The notes beneath the pieces were generated by a model that ran no database searches, was not told the origin of the DNA, and saw only the letters and a program-made list of their open reading frames with translations. DNA of 64,000 nucleotides from Octopus sinensis (lineage: Eukaryota). The stretch spans positions 27,838,001 through 27,902,000 of the forward strand of contig NC_043003.1 in NCBI RefSeq assembly GCF_006345805.1, read 5' to 3'. Positions 12,463 to 25,124 of this stretch are shown here, in pieces; the stretch's first letter is position 1, and each line of letters opens with the position of its first letter. The position numbers and the translations under genes are program-made.

Positions 12463-12770
12463 CAGAAGCACGACAAAGTGACATTACTTCCACTGATTCA
12501 AAAATACATCAAACCTGGCCTAGTGATTCTTGGGCGGCTTACAAAGATATACAAACATTAAGTTATCAATATTACATGATAAACCATAAAGAAAATTTTG
12601 TTGACACCGCACATACACACACAAAATATCGAACGTTTTTGGCAAGATTTAAAAGAATGGAATTTACTGATTATATGTATGAGGCCAAAAAAGACTACTG
12701 CAACGAAAAACAAAAAACGCGTGAGACGGTATCGGGAAGGGGAATTTCCGAGGTTTTTGGGGAAGGTGCC
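12463..12770 (+). mobile_element. Merlin (IS1595/ISXO2-like) transposase remnant with probable right TIR
   Basis: Across frameshifts: DKVTLLPLIQKYIKPG / SDSWAAYKDI / INHKENFVD / HTQNIERFWQDLK. Ends ...ggggaaggtgcc (GGC terminus). Confidence 0.8.
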
Positions 12771-12910
12771 AGTCGATTAGATCGACTCCAGTACGCAACT
12801 GATACTTAATTTATCGACCCCGAAAGGATGAAAGGCAAAGTTGACCTCGGCTGAATTTGGACTCAGAATGTAAAGACAGACGAAATACCGCTAAACATCT
12901 CGCCCGGCGC
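12771..12910 (-). mobile_element. SINE family B fragment
   Basis: Reverse complement of the ...gtcgactttgcctttcatcctttcggggtcgataaattaagtacc domain seen at 18885-19110. Confidence 0.75.
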
Positions 12911-13000
12911 TCTGTGTTGGATGTTGCAAGTGCGATTGGATGCTTAACCACAACGGATCATCACAGAGGACTTAATTGATTTACGTTTCAGATAACCACC

Positions 13001-13276
13001 GGCATTCCTTCGATATAACTCGACAAAATCAAAACATTTCACTTCGGGTATTTCCATGGGTTGTGGAGTATAGATATAACGAAAATATGCCAGCAATGTC
13101 TCATTTTAAACTTGAACAAAAAAAAAAGACTTGCATATTTGTTCTTACCTGTTTCGTGTATGTATGTAAAATCCGCAAATTTCCAAGCAGAAAACAGAAT
13201 CGAACTGTCATTTGCTTCCACAGAAATACCCGAAGTGAACTGTTTTGATTTTGTCGAGTTATATCGAAAGAATGCC
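13001..13276. mobile_element. Merlin-type MITE (276 bp)
   Basis: About 53-bp TIRs starting GGCATT, with a degenerate 8-bp TSD taaccacc / taatcact. Confidence 0.8.
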
Positions 13277-13744
13277 TAATCACTCCACTATTATGGCTAC
13301 AGTTAGAAGCCATTGCTAATTAGGCATGTCTCTGGCAAATAAATTCGCAATTACTTGATAGTTTTAACTGACTTTCTCATAAACATGGAGTTGTGGTTTC
13401 TCTGATGAGAGGCACCTCTGTTTTCTATCACAGGGGTAGAGTGTTCAACTATATTATACCAGGAGAGATAGTCCCAACGTCGACTGCATTAGTACCTCCT
13501 CATAAATATTTGTGTGTATGTATGTATGTATGTATGTATGTATGTATGCATGCATTCAGTTTATTTTGAGATTTCTTGTCAATAGAGAAAGAACCGGTTT
13601 CCAATCTAGATCCAAGGCTCCTTCATAGGAATTTCAACATCAACAACAGGGTATTTTTGTTTGTATGTATGTATTTATGTATGTATGTATGTATGTAGTA
13701 TGTATGTATGTATGTATGTATCATCATCATCATCGTCATCATCG

Positions 13745-14340
13745 TCGTCGTTTAACGTCCGCTTTCCATGCTAGCATGGGTTGGACGGTTTGACTGTGGG
13801 CTGGCGAACCAGATGGCAGCACCAAGCTCCAGTCTTGATCTGGCAGAATTTCTACAGCTGGATGCCCTTCCTAACGCCAACCACTCTGAGAGTGTAGTGG
13901 GTGCTTTTACATGCCACCGGCACGGGGGCCAGTCAGGCGGTACTGGCAACGACCTCGCTCGAATTTATACACATGGGCCAGTCAGGCAGTACTGGCGACG
14001 ACCTCGCTCGAAATTCTTTACACATGGGCCAGTCAGGCGGTACTGGCGACGACCTTGCTCGAATTTTTTTACACATGCCAACGGCACAGGTGCCAGTAAG
14101 GCGATGCTGGTAACGATCCCGCTCGAATGGTGCCTCCTACATGCCACCGGCACGGAAGCCAGTTAGTCGCTCTGGCAACTATCACGCTCAAATGGTGCTC
14201 TTAGCACCCTACAAGTACGGGGCACAAGTGCCAGTAATGCGAGGCTGGCAACGATCATGCTCGTATGGTGCTTGTGCCCGTCATCAAATTTCACTTTGTT
14301 TTGATTTCGGTTTCGATACCACTTGCCTCAACAGGTCGGA
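13745..14340 (-). mobile_element. RTE 3'-UTR-derived repeat with an internal short tandem array
   Basis: Family C sequence with about three ~44-bp units (gggccagtcaggcggtactggcgacgacctcgctcgaa). Confidence 0.75.
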
Positions 14341-14519
14341 TGCACGTATGTATGCATGCATGCATGTATGTGCAGATTTTTATGCTTTATGCATGTATTC
14401 TCATGCACATAGTTGCATATCTAGACATGCTCATATATATTTAAATGATAAACTTGTGGAAACACATATATATATATATATACATATATACATACATATA
14501 TGTATATATATACATATAT

Positions 14520-14553
<34 letters not shown>

Positions 14554-14692
14554 GCATATATATATATATATATATAATATATATATATATATAATATATA
14601 TATATGTATGTATATATATATATATATATACATACATATATATACATATATATATATATACATATATATACATACATATATACATACATATA

Positions 14693-14739
<47 letters not shown>

Positions 14740-15554
14740 CATACATACATATATACATACATATATATATATATACATGAATCAAAAATTTCGCCGGCAC
14801 TCACGCACGCGCACACACATATACATATATGCAGAATGAGAGAGAGGAGGAGAAGGAGACAGACACGGTTATACACACATATACACACATGCATGCATAC
14901 ATGCATGCATACATACATACATACATACATACATACATACATACATACATACATACATACATACATACATACATACATACATACATACATACTTACATAC
15001 ATACATAAACATGATTTTTAACTTTGGACCTAATTTCTTTATCAGTTCTTATCTTTAATTTTTTTTTCAGAATATGTTAGGAAATATAAAAATATTTCCT
15101 TTCGTTTTAAATTCGAAGAAAATAATATGATATTGTTATGTGTGTGTGTAATTCCTTTCTAGATCGTATGATTTTCATTGAAAAATTGCTTTTACTTTCA
15201 CTTTCATTTCTAAGAAAGGAACCCATCCTACACAACTCCGCCTACAGCCGATTAAACAAGCTCAAGACACCACGAAACACTTGTCAATGCGACCACATTT
15301 CAATCCCGCTAGATTTCAAAAATTGCCTTTTCAAAATTTCAATGACACACCCACTTCATCTTTCACTTGTTCGGGAATTTAAAAAAAAAAAATTTTTAAG
15401 CGAAATATACATAGAAAAATACGAAGATTACGATCTGAAAAAAATTAGTTTGTAAAATTTCAATTTTTCAAAAAGAATTTTTAAATATATACAAAAATTT
15501 TAAATATATACATATTTTAAATATATACATAAATATATAAATATATATATATAA

Positions 15555-15952
15555 GGCGCAGGAGTGGCTGTGTGGTAAGTAGCTTGCTAACCAACCACAT
15601 GGTTCCGGGTTCACTCCCACTGCGTGGCATCTTGGGCAAGTGTCTTCTGCTATAGCCCCGGGCCGACCAATGCCTTGTGAGTGGATTTGGTAGACGGAAA
15701 CTGAAAGAAGCCTGTCGTATATATGTATATATATGTATGTGTGTGTGTTTGTGTGTCTGTGTTTGTCCCCCTAGCATTGCTTGACAACCGATGCTTGTGT
15801 GTTTACGTTCCCGTCACTTAGCGGTTCGGCAAAAGATCCCGATAGAATAAGTACTGGGCTTACAAAGAATAAGTCCCGGGGTCGATTTGCTCGACTAAAG
15901 GCGGTGCTCCAGCATGGCCACAGTCAAATGACTGAAACATGTAAAAGAGAGT
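15555..15952 (+). mobile_element. SINE family A
   Basis: Full head, microsatellite and tail, as at 3737. Confidence 0.85.
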
Positions 15953-16340
15953 ATATGCCCCCCCCCCATCATTTCGAAGACTGTAGTGAAATAAATAATA
16001 GGAAAATCCCCATCAAAACGGAGTAGTTTCAACTTATTTGGTCTTCCTGATCCGAAACAATGTTTTTTTTCGAAACTCCTCTCCTTGTAAAAAATTTTCT
16101 CTACAAATTTTCCCTACAAATTTCTTAATAAGCGTATTCTATGCCGTTTGAAAATTCCATTAAAAGATATCCATTTTCCCGAAAGTTATGAGGGAAAAAA
16201 TTTGAATCGTGTGAATTTTCGGAAATTATTCTCCCCACCCACTCAGAAAAATTCTTTCCCCGAAATCCACAGCATCCAAGTGGTCTTTCTTGAAAATTTC
16301 GTTAAAAAGTGTTTATTTTTCTGGAAATCATGAGGCAAGA

Positions 16341-16406
16341 AAGTCGGTGGGGTACACATCTGTAGATATGCCATGGCATATCTACAGATTTGTACCCCAC
16401 TGACTT
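16341..16406. repeat. Near-perfect palindrome (33-bp arms) centred on CCATGG
   Basis: aagtcggtggggtacacatctgtagatatgcca|tggcatatctacagatttgtaccccactgactt. Confidence 0.9.
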
Positions 16407-16690
16407 AGTGTTTATAAAGAAATTTGTGGGGAAATTTTTTGTAAGACTTCCTTTTGTATCCCCCCCCCCCTCCAAAACCCTCCTGTTTTATTTAATTTTT
16501 TTTCTACACAAACCCCCGTTTTCGGCTACGAAGAATATGAATCTGCAAAAAAATTGGCAAAATTCGGCATTTTGAAATTACCCCTCCCCTACTTGATTTC
16601 TAAAATTTTAACTTTTTTCAGAATTTTTTTTTTTTTAATTTACAGAAAAATACAGAGATTATGATTCTGAAAAAAATTTCCCAAAATTTG

Positions 16691-16805
16691 TATGGTTAGA
16701 GTCAGGGTTAGGGTTAGGGTTGGGGTTTTAGGGTTACGGTTACGGTTACAGTTGGGGTTTTAGGGTTTTAGGGTTAGGGTTGGAGTTTTAGGGTTAGGGT
16801 TAGGG
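16691..16805 (+). repeat. Degenerate interstitial telomere-like (TTAGGG)n tract
   Basis: gggttagggttagggttggggttttagggttacggttac...ttagggttaggg. Confidence 0.7.
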
Positions 16806-17562
16806 AAAAAAGTGAAAAATAAAGAAATTGGAGTGGGCGAAATTTCAAAATGTCGATTTTTGGCAATTTTCCGGAATCTCCGTATCCGAAAACGGGTGTT
16901 TTCGGCAATATATATATATATATATATTGGAAGAAAATGGGTGGGAGGAAGAAGTCTTTCCAAATTTTTTCCATGTGGTGGGGAGAGGAGTTTCGGATCA
17001 GGAAAACTAAGTAAGTTGGAACCACTCAGTTTTAGACGCAGAAAATAATTTTAGCTCAATAGAGGCAATCGATTGGTTAAAATTCGAAAAATTAAACTAC
17101 GTTAAAGTTACAAATTGCAATTTTCTCAAGAAAGCCAAGAGAAAAAAATGTTTTATTTTGACACATTCTACCAGTCTATGAAGTTTTAAAGTGTTTAGTT
17201 AACTAGAAATTGTGTTGAAAACTGTCGTTCAAAAGGAAAAGATCCACGAGCGCATATATTGAATCCTATTTTGTTTTAAGTCTAATTTTGATTCAACATC
17301 TTTTTCTCCTCACGATCGTCAGCTCTAACCACTGAGCCATGCACCTTCACACACATATGTTTGTGTGTGTGTGTATGTGTGTGTGTGTGTACATAAAACC
17401 ATCCACAAGTATAACAGCGTGTGTGTATGTGGCTCTGTGCGTGTGTGTATACGCTTGTCTCTCTCTCCAACGCTTGACAATCAGTGTTGGATGGATTCGT
17501 TCGGCAAAATTTCGACGGCCAATCAAAATTAACTCTAAATAAAGAGAGAGAAAAGAATCGTG

Positions 17563-17606
<44 letters not shown>

Positions 17607-17946
17607 AAGATAATGCAATATTTTAATGGAATTAAATCAGACTGTTTCGGTTGCAGTCACACTACGCGGCATCATGGTTAACGGTCTTATTTTATAACTC
17701 CAAGCTGACCAATGCCTAGTGAGTGAATTTCATTGAAGGAAACTGTACGGAAGCCTGCCATGCACATACATATATACTTATACATACATACATAGACACA
17801 CACTCTTACAAACTCACGCACACACAAACACACACACACACACACATAAAATAGAAATATTAAATTTCTAAATATCTCAGAAATATAAGCGGTGGTGGTA
17901 CGATAGAGCAGTTGTATACTGTCAACTTAACTAGTACTATTGCTTT

Positions 17947-18745
17947 ATGTATGTATGTATGTATGTATGTATGTATGTATGTATGTATGTATGTATGTAT
18001 GCATGTATGTATGTATGCATGCATGTATGTATGTATGTATGTATGTATGTATGTATGTATGCATGTATGCATGCATGTATGCATGCATGTATGTATGTTT
18101 GCATGTATGTATGTATGTATGTATGTATGTATGTATGTATGCATGCATGTATGTATGTATGTATGTATGTATGTATGTATGTATGTATGTATGTATGTAT
18201 GCATGTATGCATGCATGTATGCATGCATGTATGTATGTATGCATGCATGTATGTATGTATGTATGTATGTATGTATGTATGTATGTATGTATGCATGTAT
18301 GCATGCATGTATGCATGCATGTATGTATGTTTGCATGTATGTATGTATGTATGCATGCATGTATGTATGTATGCATGCATGTATGTATGTTTGCATGTAT
18401 GTATGCATGTATGTATGTATGTATGTATGTATGTATGCATGCATGTATGTATGTATGTATGTATGTATGCATGCATGTATGCATGCATGTATGTATGTAT
18501 GTATGTATGCATGCATGTATGTATGTATGTATGCATGTATGTATGTATGTATGTATGTATGTATGTATGTATGCATGCATGTATGTATGTATGTATGTAT
18601 GTATGCATGCATGTATGCATGCATGTATGTATGCATGCATGCATGCATGTATGTATGCATGTATGTATGTATGTATGCATGTATGTATGTATGTATGTAT
18701 GTATGTATGCATGTATGTATGTATGCATGCATGTATGTATGTAAG
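17947..18745. repeat. About 800-bp (TATG/CATG)n tetranucleotide array
   Basis: Seen directly; source of the six long MYVC/HTYI ORFs. Confidence 0.95.
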
Positions 18746-18884
18746 TACGTACGTACGCACACTGAAGCTTGAAGCATAAAGCGATAGTAACAAATACAAG
18801 TATGTGTATACAAGCTACAAGTATTTCGGATATCATGGACAATAAAAATCTTCATGTCATGCTCAGGTATAATAAACAAAACTA

Positions 18885-19110
18885 AGGCGGCGAGCTGGCA
18901 GAAACGTTAGCACGTCGGGCGAAATGCTTAGCGGTATTTCGTCTGCCGTTACGTTGTGAGTTCAAATTCCGCCGAGGTCGACTTTGCCTTTCATCCTTTT
19001 GGGGTCGATAAATTAAGTACCAGTTACGCACTGGGATCGATGTAATCCCTTTGTCTGTCCTTGTTTGTTTCCTCTATGTTTAGCCCCCTGTGGGTAATAA
19101 AGAAATATAT
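18885..19110 (+). mobile_element. tRNA-derived SINE family B
   Basis: ggcggcgagctggcagaaacgttagc...gagttcaaattcc (B-box-like)...gcctttcatccttttggggtcgataaattaagtacc. Relatives at about 21720, 37110, 49380, 61730 and 62070. Confidence 0.8.
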
Positions 19111-19498
19111 AATAAACGAAACCTTGTTACCATGTAGATGGCCAATCAAAATTAACTCTTAAATAAAGTGAGAATAAAGAAACACAGGAGCGCGCACGCA
19201 CACACAAATGCGTGTGTGTTTGTGTGTGCAATGGAAGTGGTATGGTGAAATTCGAACGAAGAAAAGAAAAATCAACCATTTCAACTCTGTGTGAGTGTAC
19301 GTGTGTATGTGTGTGCGTGTACAGGGACAGTATGATTTTGATTTTTCCAGTTGACAACCACTAGATAACCTTGACAAGTGTATAAATTTGTTTTACCATC
19401 CATACTTATATATAAAATACTACAATTAGCCGTCAGTTTTGACAGGCACGGGATCAGCTAGTAATATGATATAATATAATATAACATAATAAAATATA

Positions 19499-19895
19499 AT
19501 CTATATATATATATAAAGCTGAAGTTGTCTGTGTGTGGTAGGTTTGGTAGCCTTCAACTAACACTATCTCCTCCGAGACCCTGCGGCGCAAGTTGACCAA
19601 AATTGAGAGTATGATAGAAGAAGACTTGCTCTTCATTCCGTAGAAGATAAAATTCAAATTGGACCACGTTAAGACCAAAAATTATTTACATCAAAAAGGT
19701 GCTTTTTTTCTATGAAAAACCCTATTTTTTACGATTTTGTGACTGCTGTGTCACCATTTTCCGGTGTATTTCAACCAGAAAAATGTTCACCTAAAGAGAA
19801 TAACAAGCTACATAATGCAAAATTTTTACTTTTCAAAAATTCCAATTCTAAAGGGTCGAAACAAACCCGAGCAACGCCGGGTGATACTGCTAGTA
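19499..19895 (-). mobile_element. Non-autonomous Helitron-like element
   Basis: Reverse complement of 4697-5093. Confidence 0.7.
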
Positions 19896-20134
19896 TAATA
19901 TAATATGTGTGTGTGTGTGTGTACATAAACCATCCACAAGTATAACAATGTGTATGTGTGTGCGTGCGTGTGTATCTGCGTCTGTGTGTGCATGCGTGTA
20001 TGTATATACTTGTCACTTGGCAACGCTTGACAGTCGGTGTTGGGTGGATTCGTTCGGCAAAATTTCGACGGCCAATCAAAATAAAGAGACAAAAAAGAAT
20101 TGCGCACGCGCGCACGCACACACACACATTACAC

Positions 20135-20165
<31 letters not shown>

Positions 20166-21059
20166 AAGATGATGCAATATTTTAATGGAATTAAGTCACG
20201 CTGTTTCGGTTGCTGTCCCACTTCGCAACACTAGTAAGTGAATTTCACTAGTGAGTGAATTTCATTCAAGGAAACTGTACGGAAGCTTGCCATGTACATA
20301 CATATATACATATACATTTTTATAAACAATATTATGAAATGTCGGAGTCAACAGTGGGAACGATAAAAAATTGTCATATTTGCATATTGTAGGATGGTGA
20401 AAGATGAACACTGCTTGATGTTTTAAGAAAATATTTATTTACCGTTACGTTACAATACCTTGCCTCGACGAGCAGGTTATGATAAATCCAAAAGCATGCG
20501 AAGTAAAGTTTGAGTTTGTGTCCTCTTCATTGTTTTGTAGTAATCCACAGATAGCGATAGAATGATGTTGTAAGAGAACAGAATTAGAGCTAGTAAGAGT
20601 TGTAGGGTGTGGGATGTTGTCTCACAGTTGCTGACAGTAAACGTCATTTCTCCCTCTGACAAAGGTTCTAGCTGGTCAGCCAGACTTCGTCGTCACCGGA
20701 GTGTCTAACTGTTTTTTGCTTGGGGTGTTTTTGCTTTTTATAACTATCCAGAAGGATAGACATATCATTGAGAACAATAGATTTAGTTGGTGGTCTTGTT
20801 ATCTCTATTCTAGCTTTTGGTGAAGTAGAAGAGGTTAGAAAGGGTCAAGTGGTGAAGACATTATTTCGGCCTAGCTAAAGGCATCTGGAAAATGTAAAAC
20901 TGTTGTCAGAGGAAAACCATTGTTCCACTGTGGGAAAAGTTCTGTTGCAGTGTTAATTTAAAATATGGCTATGGTGGATCGAATCCACTTCATGCAAGCA
21001 AGATCCACTACATACATACATACATAACTATATATAATATATATATATATAATATATAT

Positions 21060-21093
<34 letters not shown>

Positions 21094-21127
21094 CATACAT
21101 GCATATATATATATATGTTATATACAC

Positions 21128-21236
<109 letters not shown>

Positions 21237-22727
21237 ATCTAGTTTGTCTCATTCACAAAATCTGCATTTTTAAAGGGAAGTAAAAAATCTGAAAATCGGT
21301 TATATTGATGCAGTTTCCCACGCTTATTCCTGTGAATACATGAACTTGTTTAGGAAAAAAAATTGATTACAGATGTTTTAAAATTGAAAATGTGTGTATT
21401 TTTAACCAATAGTGAAATTTTCTGCGTTGTAGCATTGTCAACTTAGTGGTGTCAGCTTTAAGGTTGTATCATGTGAAATTTATAGTTTAGCGTCTGTGAA
21501 ACAGTTGAAACTTTGGTTATGCAGATTCTATCCTAGAATTACATTTTAGGCTACATATATCTATGGAATACTCAGCCAAATTACACTGTAATTAAAAGGC
21601 CTAGCCATGTCACACTGGGTTGTACTGATTCTGCTTATGGCTTATGTTGTGGATATATGTGTGCTGTGATATATTCAACCAGTTATATGGTAATATAATG
21701 TGTAACCATAAGACTACAAGCTGACAGAATCATTAGCACACTGAGTAAAATGCCTTACATTCTGAGTTCCACCTAGGTTGACTTTGCCGTTCATACTTTG
21801 AGGGTTGATAAAGTAAGCACCAGTTGAATGTGTAACCAGTTCAGTTAATCATACAACTGGAATGATCATCCTAGAAACTGATGAAGATCCATTTCCTTTA
21901 GCTTTTGTTTACATATACACATCAGCAAATGAACCAATGAGTTAATCTCTGTGTGGTTGTTCAATTTGCTAGAAACAACAGCCAAATCTCCCTCACACTA
22001 AACTTTAACATTTCAAAAATGAAGGACACATTAAATAATGTTGTCCTACATCTTCAATAAAAATACAGAATGGCTCATTCTGGCCTGATCTGGGTTTAAA
22101 CTGACAGGCATTCGTTGCAACCATTACGAGTGTTCCGCTAGCACAAATTCCTACGAACCAATTTCTTACTCATGTTGTGCCAAGATTTACTGCACCTCTC
22201 TTTTTTACTGCATCCATCTCTGTTTTCAAAATCTCCTTCAGAGTGGTACAAATAAATGGCTTGAATGTGGATGCGGCCATTCGAAGCAACAGTAAAACCA
22301 GAAAAACACAGAAAAAATAAACACAGAAAAACTTCTCAAAATATATGCAAAATTAAAGGGGACTGATTTTGTAAATGAAACTAACTAGATCCCATATTTT
22401 GGATAAATTGCCGCGCAGAGCACTCAATATAGGTACTGCTCACTATGGACAAACAATTCCTGGGCATTTCACTCAAGGATATACTCGAGATCTTTGTCTT
22501 GCCTTAGCGTTTGTTGTCTTCTTTAACAAATATATATATGCTCTATGTCGGAAATCTACAATGGTTCCATAACTCACATCTCGGCTATGAGCTTGGAGCT
22601 CTGGAAATCCGTTACAACATTTACCCGCATACCTAGTCATTTTGATCACTGGTGAACTAAGCAACCATATTTTGTGTGTGCATGTGTGTGTGTGTATGTG
22701 TATAAGTGTGTGTGTATGTGTGTGTGT

Positions 22728-22766
<39 letters not shown>

Positions 22767-23032
22767 CCATTGATATTTTAATATTTAAGCGGGTCTTGCA
22801 GATTTTTATTGACCTTGATATCGTGACCATTTGTAGCTTGAATACATGTATATGTATTTAGTACTGCTGCTTTATCTACTAAATATCTATCTGTGGGTGT
22901 GTTTGTGGATATGTTAGCTAAGTCTTCCTACATCGTTTTATCGATTTTGATGAAACTTGACACGCGAGCAGAACTCATGTCTGGAAACCTCATGGCATCC
23001 TCAGATTGTTGAAAAAAAAAAATCGATAATAG

Positions 23033-23490
23033 TGTAACGACTAGTGAATATCTTCTCTGGACCTTTTGGGGGTGCGAGAAGATATTCACTAGTCGTTACA
23101 CTGGTGACCCCGGCGTGATTCTGGTTTAAAACCAGAGATCACTTAACAACAAAGAAATCCAGTTTTTCTGCCAGGTCGGAACACGATTTAACTCTACGCA
23201 GACCACATCATCTTCCTCTTTCCGGACGCCATCTTTGAGCAGTGTCGTTAGCATTTGAACACTGTAGATTCTACAGCGATATAGTTCAGCTCTGACACAT
23301 CTATACCAAAGGGATACCCAGATATACCACTTATTTGTTACTGTCATAAGAGAATAAAGTAGATATATATTATTTACGTCTGCGTCTTGTTGTTTCTGAC
23401 TGGTAGAATCTGGATTATTAAGGCAACGGAAAGTGATTGCTTCTCGCACCCCCAAAAGGTCCAGAGAAGCCGTTTCACACTGTCGTTACA
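23033..23490. mobile_element. 458-bp TGT...ACA element with 4-bp TSD and long imperfect TIRs (Ginger-like MITE or solo LTR)
   Basis: atag|TGTAACGA...TCGTTACA|atag, plus a 30-bp perfect subterminal IR cttctctggaccttttgggggtgcgagaag. Confidence 0.7.
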
Positions 23491-23714
23491 ATAGGGACTC
23501 TGGAAGAGATCCTTACATATCTTATATATTTCACTTTAAAAGCCAAGGGAAATAACCCATTCATTTTCTTAAATTATTTGGTATTATAGTATATGATAAA
23601 TCAAATTGAGTCTGCTTATTTCTTAGTATTTGAACTGTTAGTGTTATTTTCGCAGTTTATACAGTACAACCATTAAACAAGTAGATAGTATTTTCCTAAA
23701 CAATAGGTCCACTT

Positions 23715-24196
23715 ATTTCGGTTAGTGACTTATTCACAAATATACCAAAACTAGCGCTGCTGAGGGTAATATTCTCAGGGAACACACAAAGGCTCTTATT
23801 TACTTTAAATTGTTATTATCTCTTATTTGATTAGGTTGTTATTACGTAACATGCTTCTCGATTTTAGTATACATACCTCATTAGTATTTCCTCCTAAGTT
23901 CGATATACTCTGGGAATGCATTAAAGTCCTTTACCGGGATACTTTATTTGAATTCTTATTATCGGGTAACTAATTTCATGTTATTACATAACTGGCTTCA
24001 CAATTTGGATATTCATAACTTATTCCTAAAAACAAGATCTTGTGTAAGACACTTGGGTATTCTCTGGAAAGGCACAAGAACCGTTTTAAGGGCTACATTT
24101 TTTGCACTGTCGTTATTGGATTAGCGAAACAATTATGAGAACGTAACCAAGGGATAAGCTTTGCTTTCACGAGAATTACCGAGTACGTCAGCTAGT
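23715..24196 (-). mobile_element. Second Helitron-like non-autonomous family
   Basis: Diverged reverse complement of 44298-44790, with an actagctgac terminus. Confidence 0.55.
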
Positions 24197-24989
24197 GTTT
24201 CAATACATATGTATGTATGTATGTACGCACACTGAAGTTTGACACATAAAGCGATAGTAATAATTACAAGTATATTCTTTTATTCTTTTACTTATTTCAG
24301 TAATCTGACTGTGGCCATGCTGGTGCACCGCCTTTAGTCGAGAAAATCGATCCCAGTACTTATTTTTTGTAAGCCTATCACTTATTCTATCGGTCTCTTT
24401 TGCCGAACCGCTAAATTACGAGGAGGTAAACAAACCAGCATCGGTTGTCAGGCGATGTTGGGAGGACAAAGCACACACGTGCGCGCGCACGCATATACAC
24501 ACATACACTCACACGTACAAACACACACACATGTAATGGTAGAAATTTATTTTGTATACAGTATGGGTTGATTTGTAAACAACAAAATGGTAAACGATAG
24601 TTGATACACAGCAGGATGGATGCAATCTGTTTGTAAGGATTGTTTCTTCGTTGATTGCCATTATGTAAAGATGAAAGAACCAGTGATTGAAGTCGCAAAG
24701 AAAATATTTATTTTACCGTTACATTATACAATACCTTACCTCAATGGGCAGGTGATGAAATCGTAGAGCATGTGAAGTAAAAAAAAGTTGATTTCGACCT
24801 GTATGTTCTTATTGTTGTAGTAAACCATAGAGAGAGATATGGAAATGTGCAGAAAAGAGATAGTGAGTTAGTGAAAGTGAGAGAGTGTGGGAGGAAACAA
24901 CTGCTCCATAGTGCTTCAGGTGTCTTGGGGGAAATTTCTGGGTTCTCATTCCTAAGGTACTTTTCGATGTTGTTGTTGTTGTTGTTGCT

Positions 24990-25021
<32 letters not shown>

Positions 25022-25065
25022 TGTTGTTGTTGTTGTTGTTGTTGCTGTTGTTGTTGCTGCTGCTG

Positions 25066-25120
<55 letters not shown>

Positions 25121-25124
<4 letters not shown>

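Noticed and set aside
17860-18879. Six overlapping 265-339-aa ORFs
   Set aside because: They come from a stop-free (TATG/CATG)n array.
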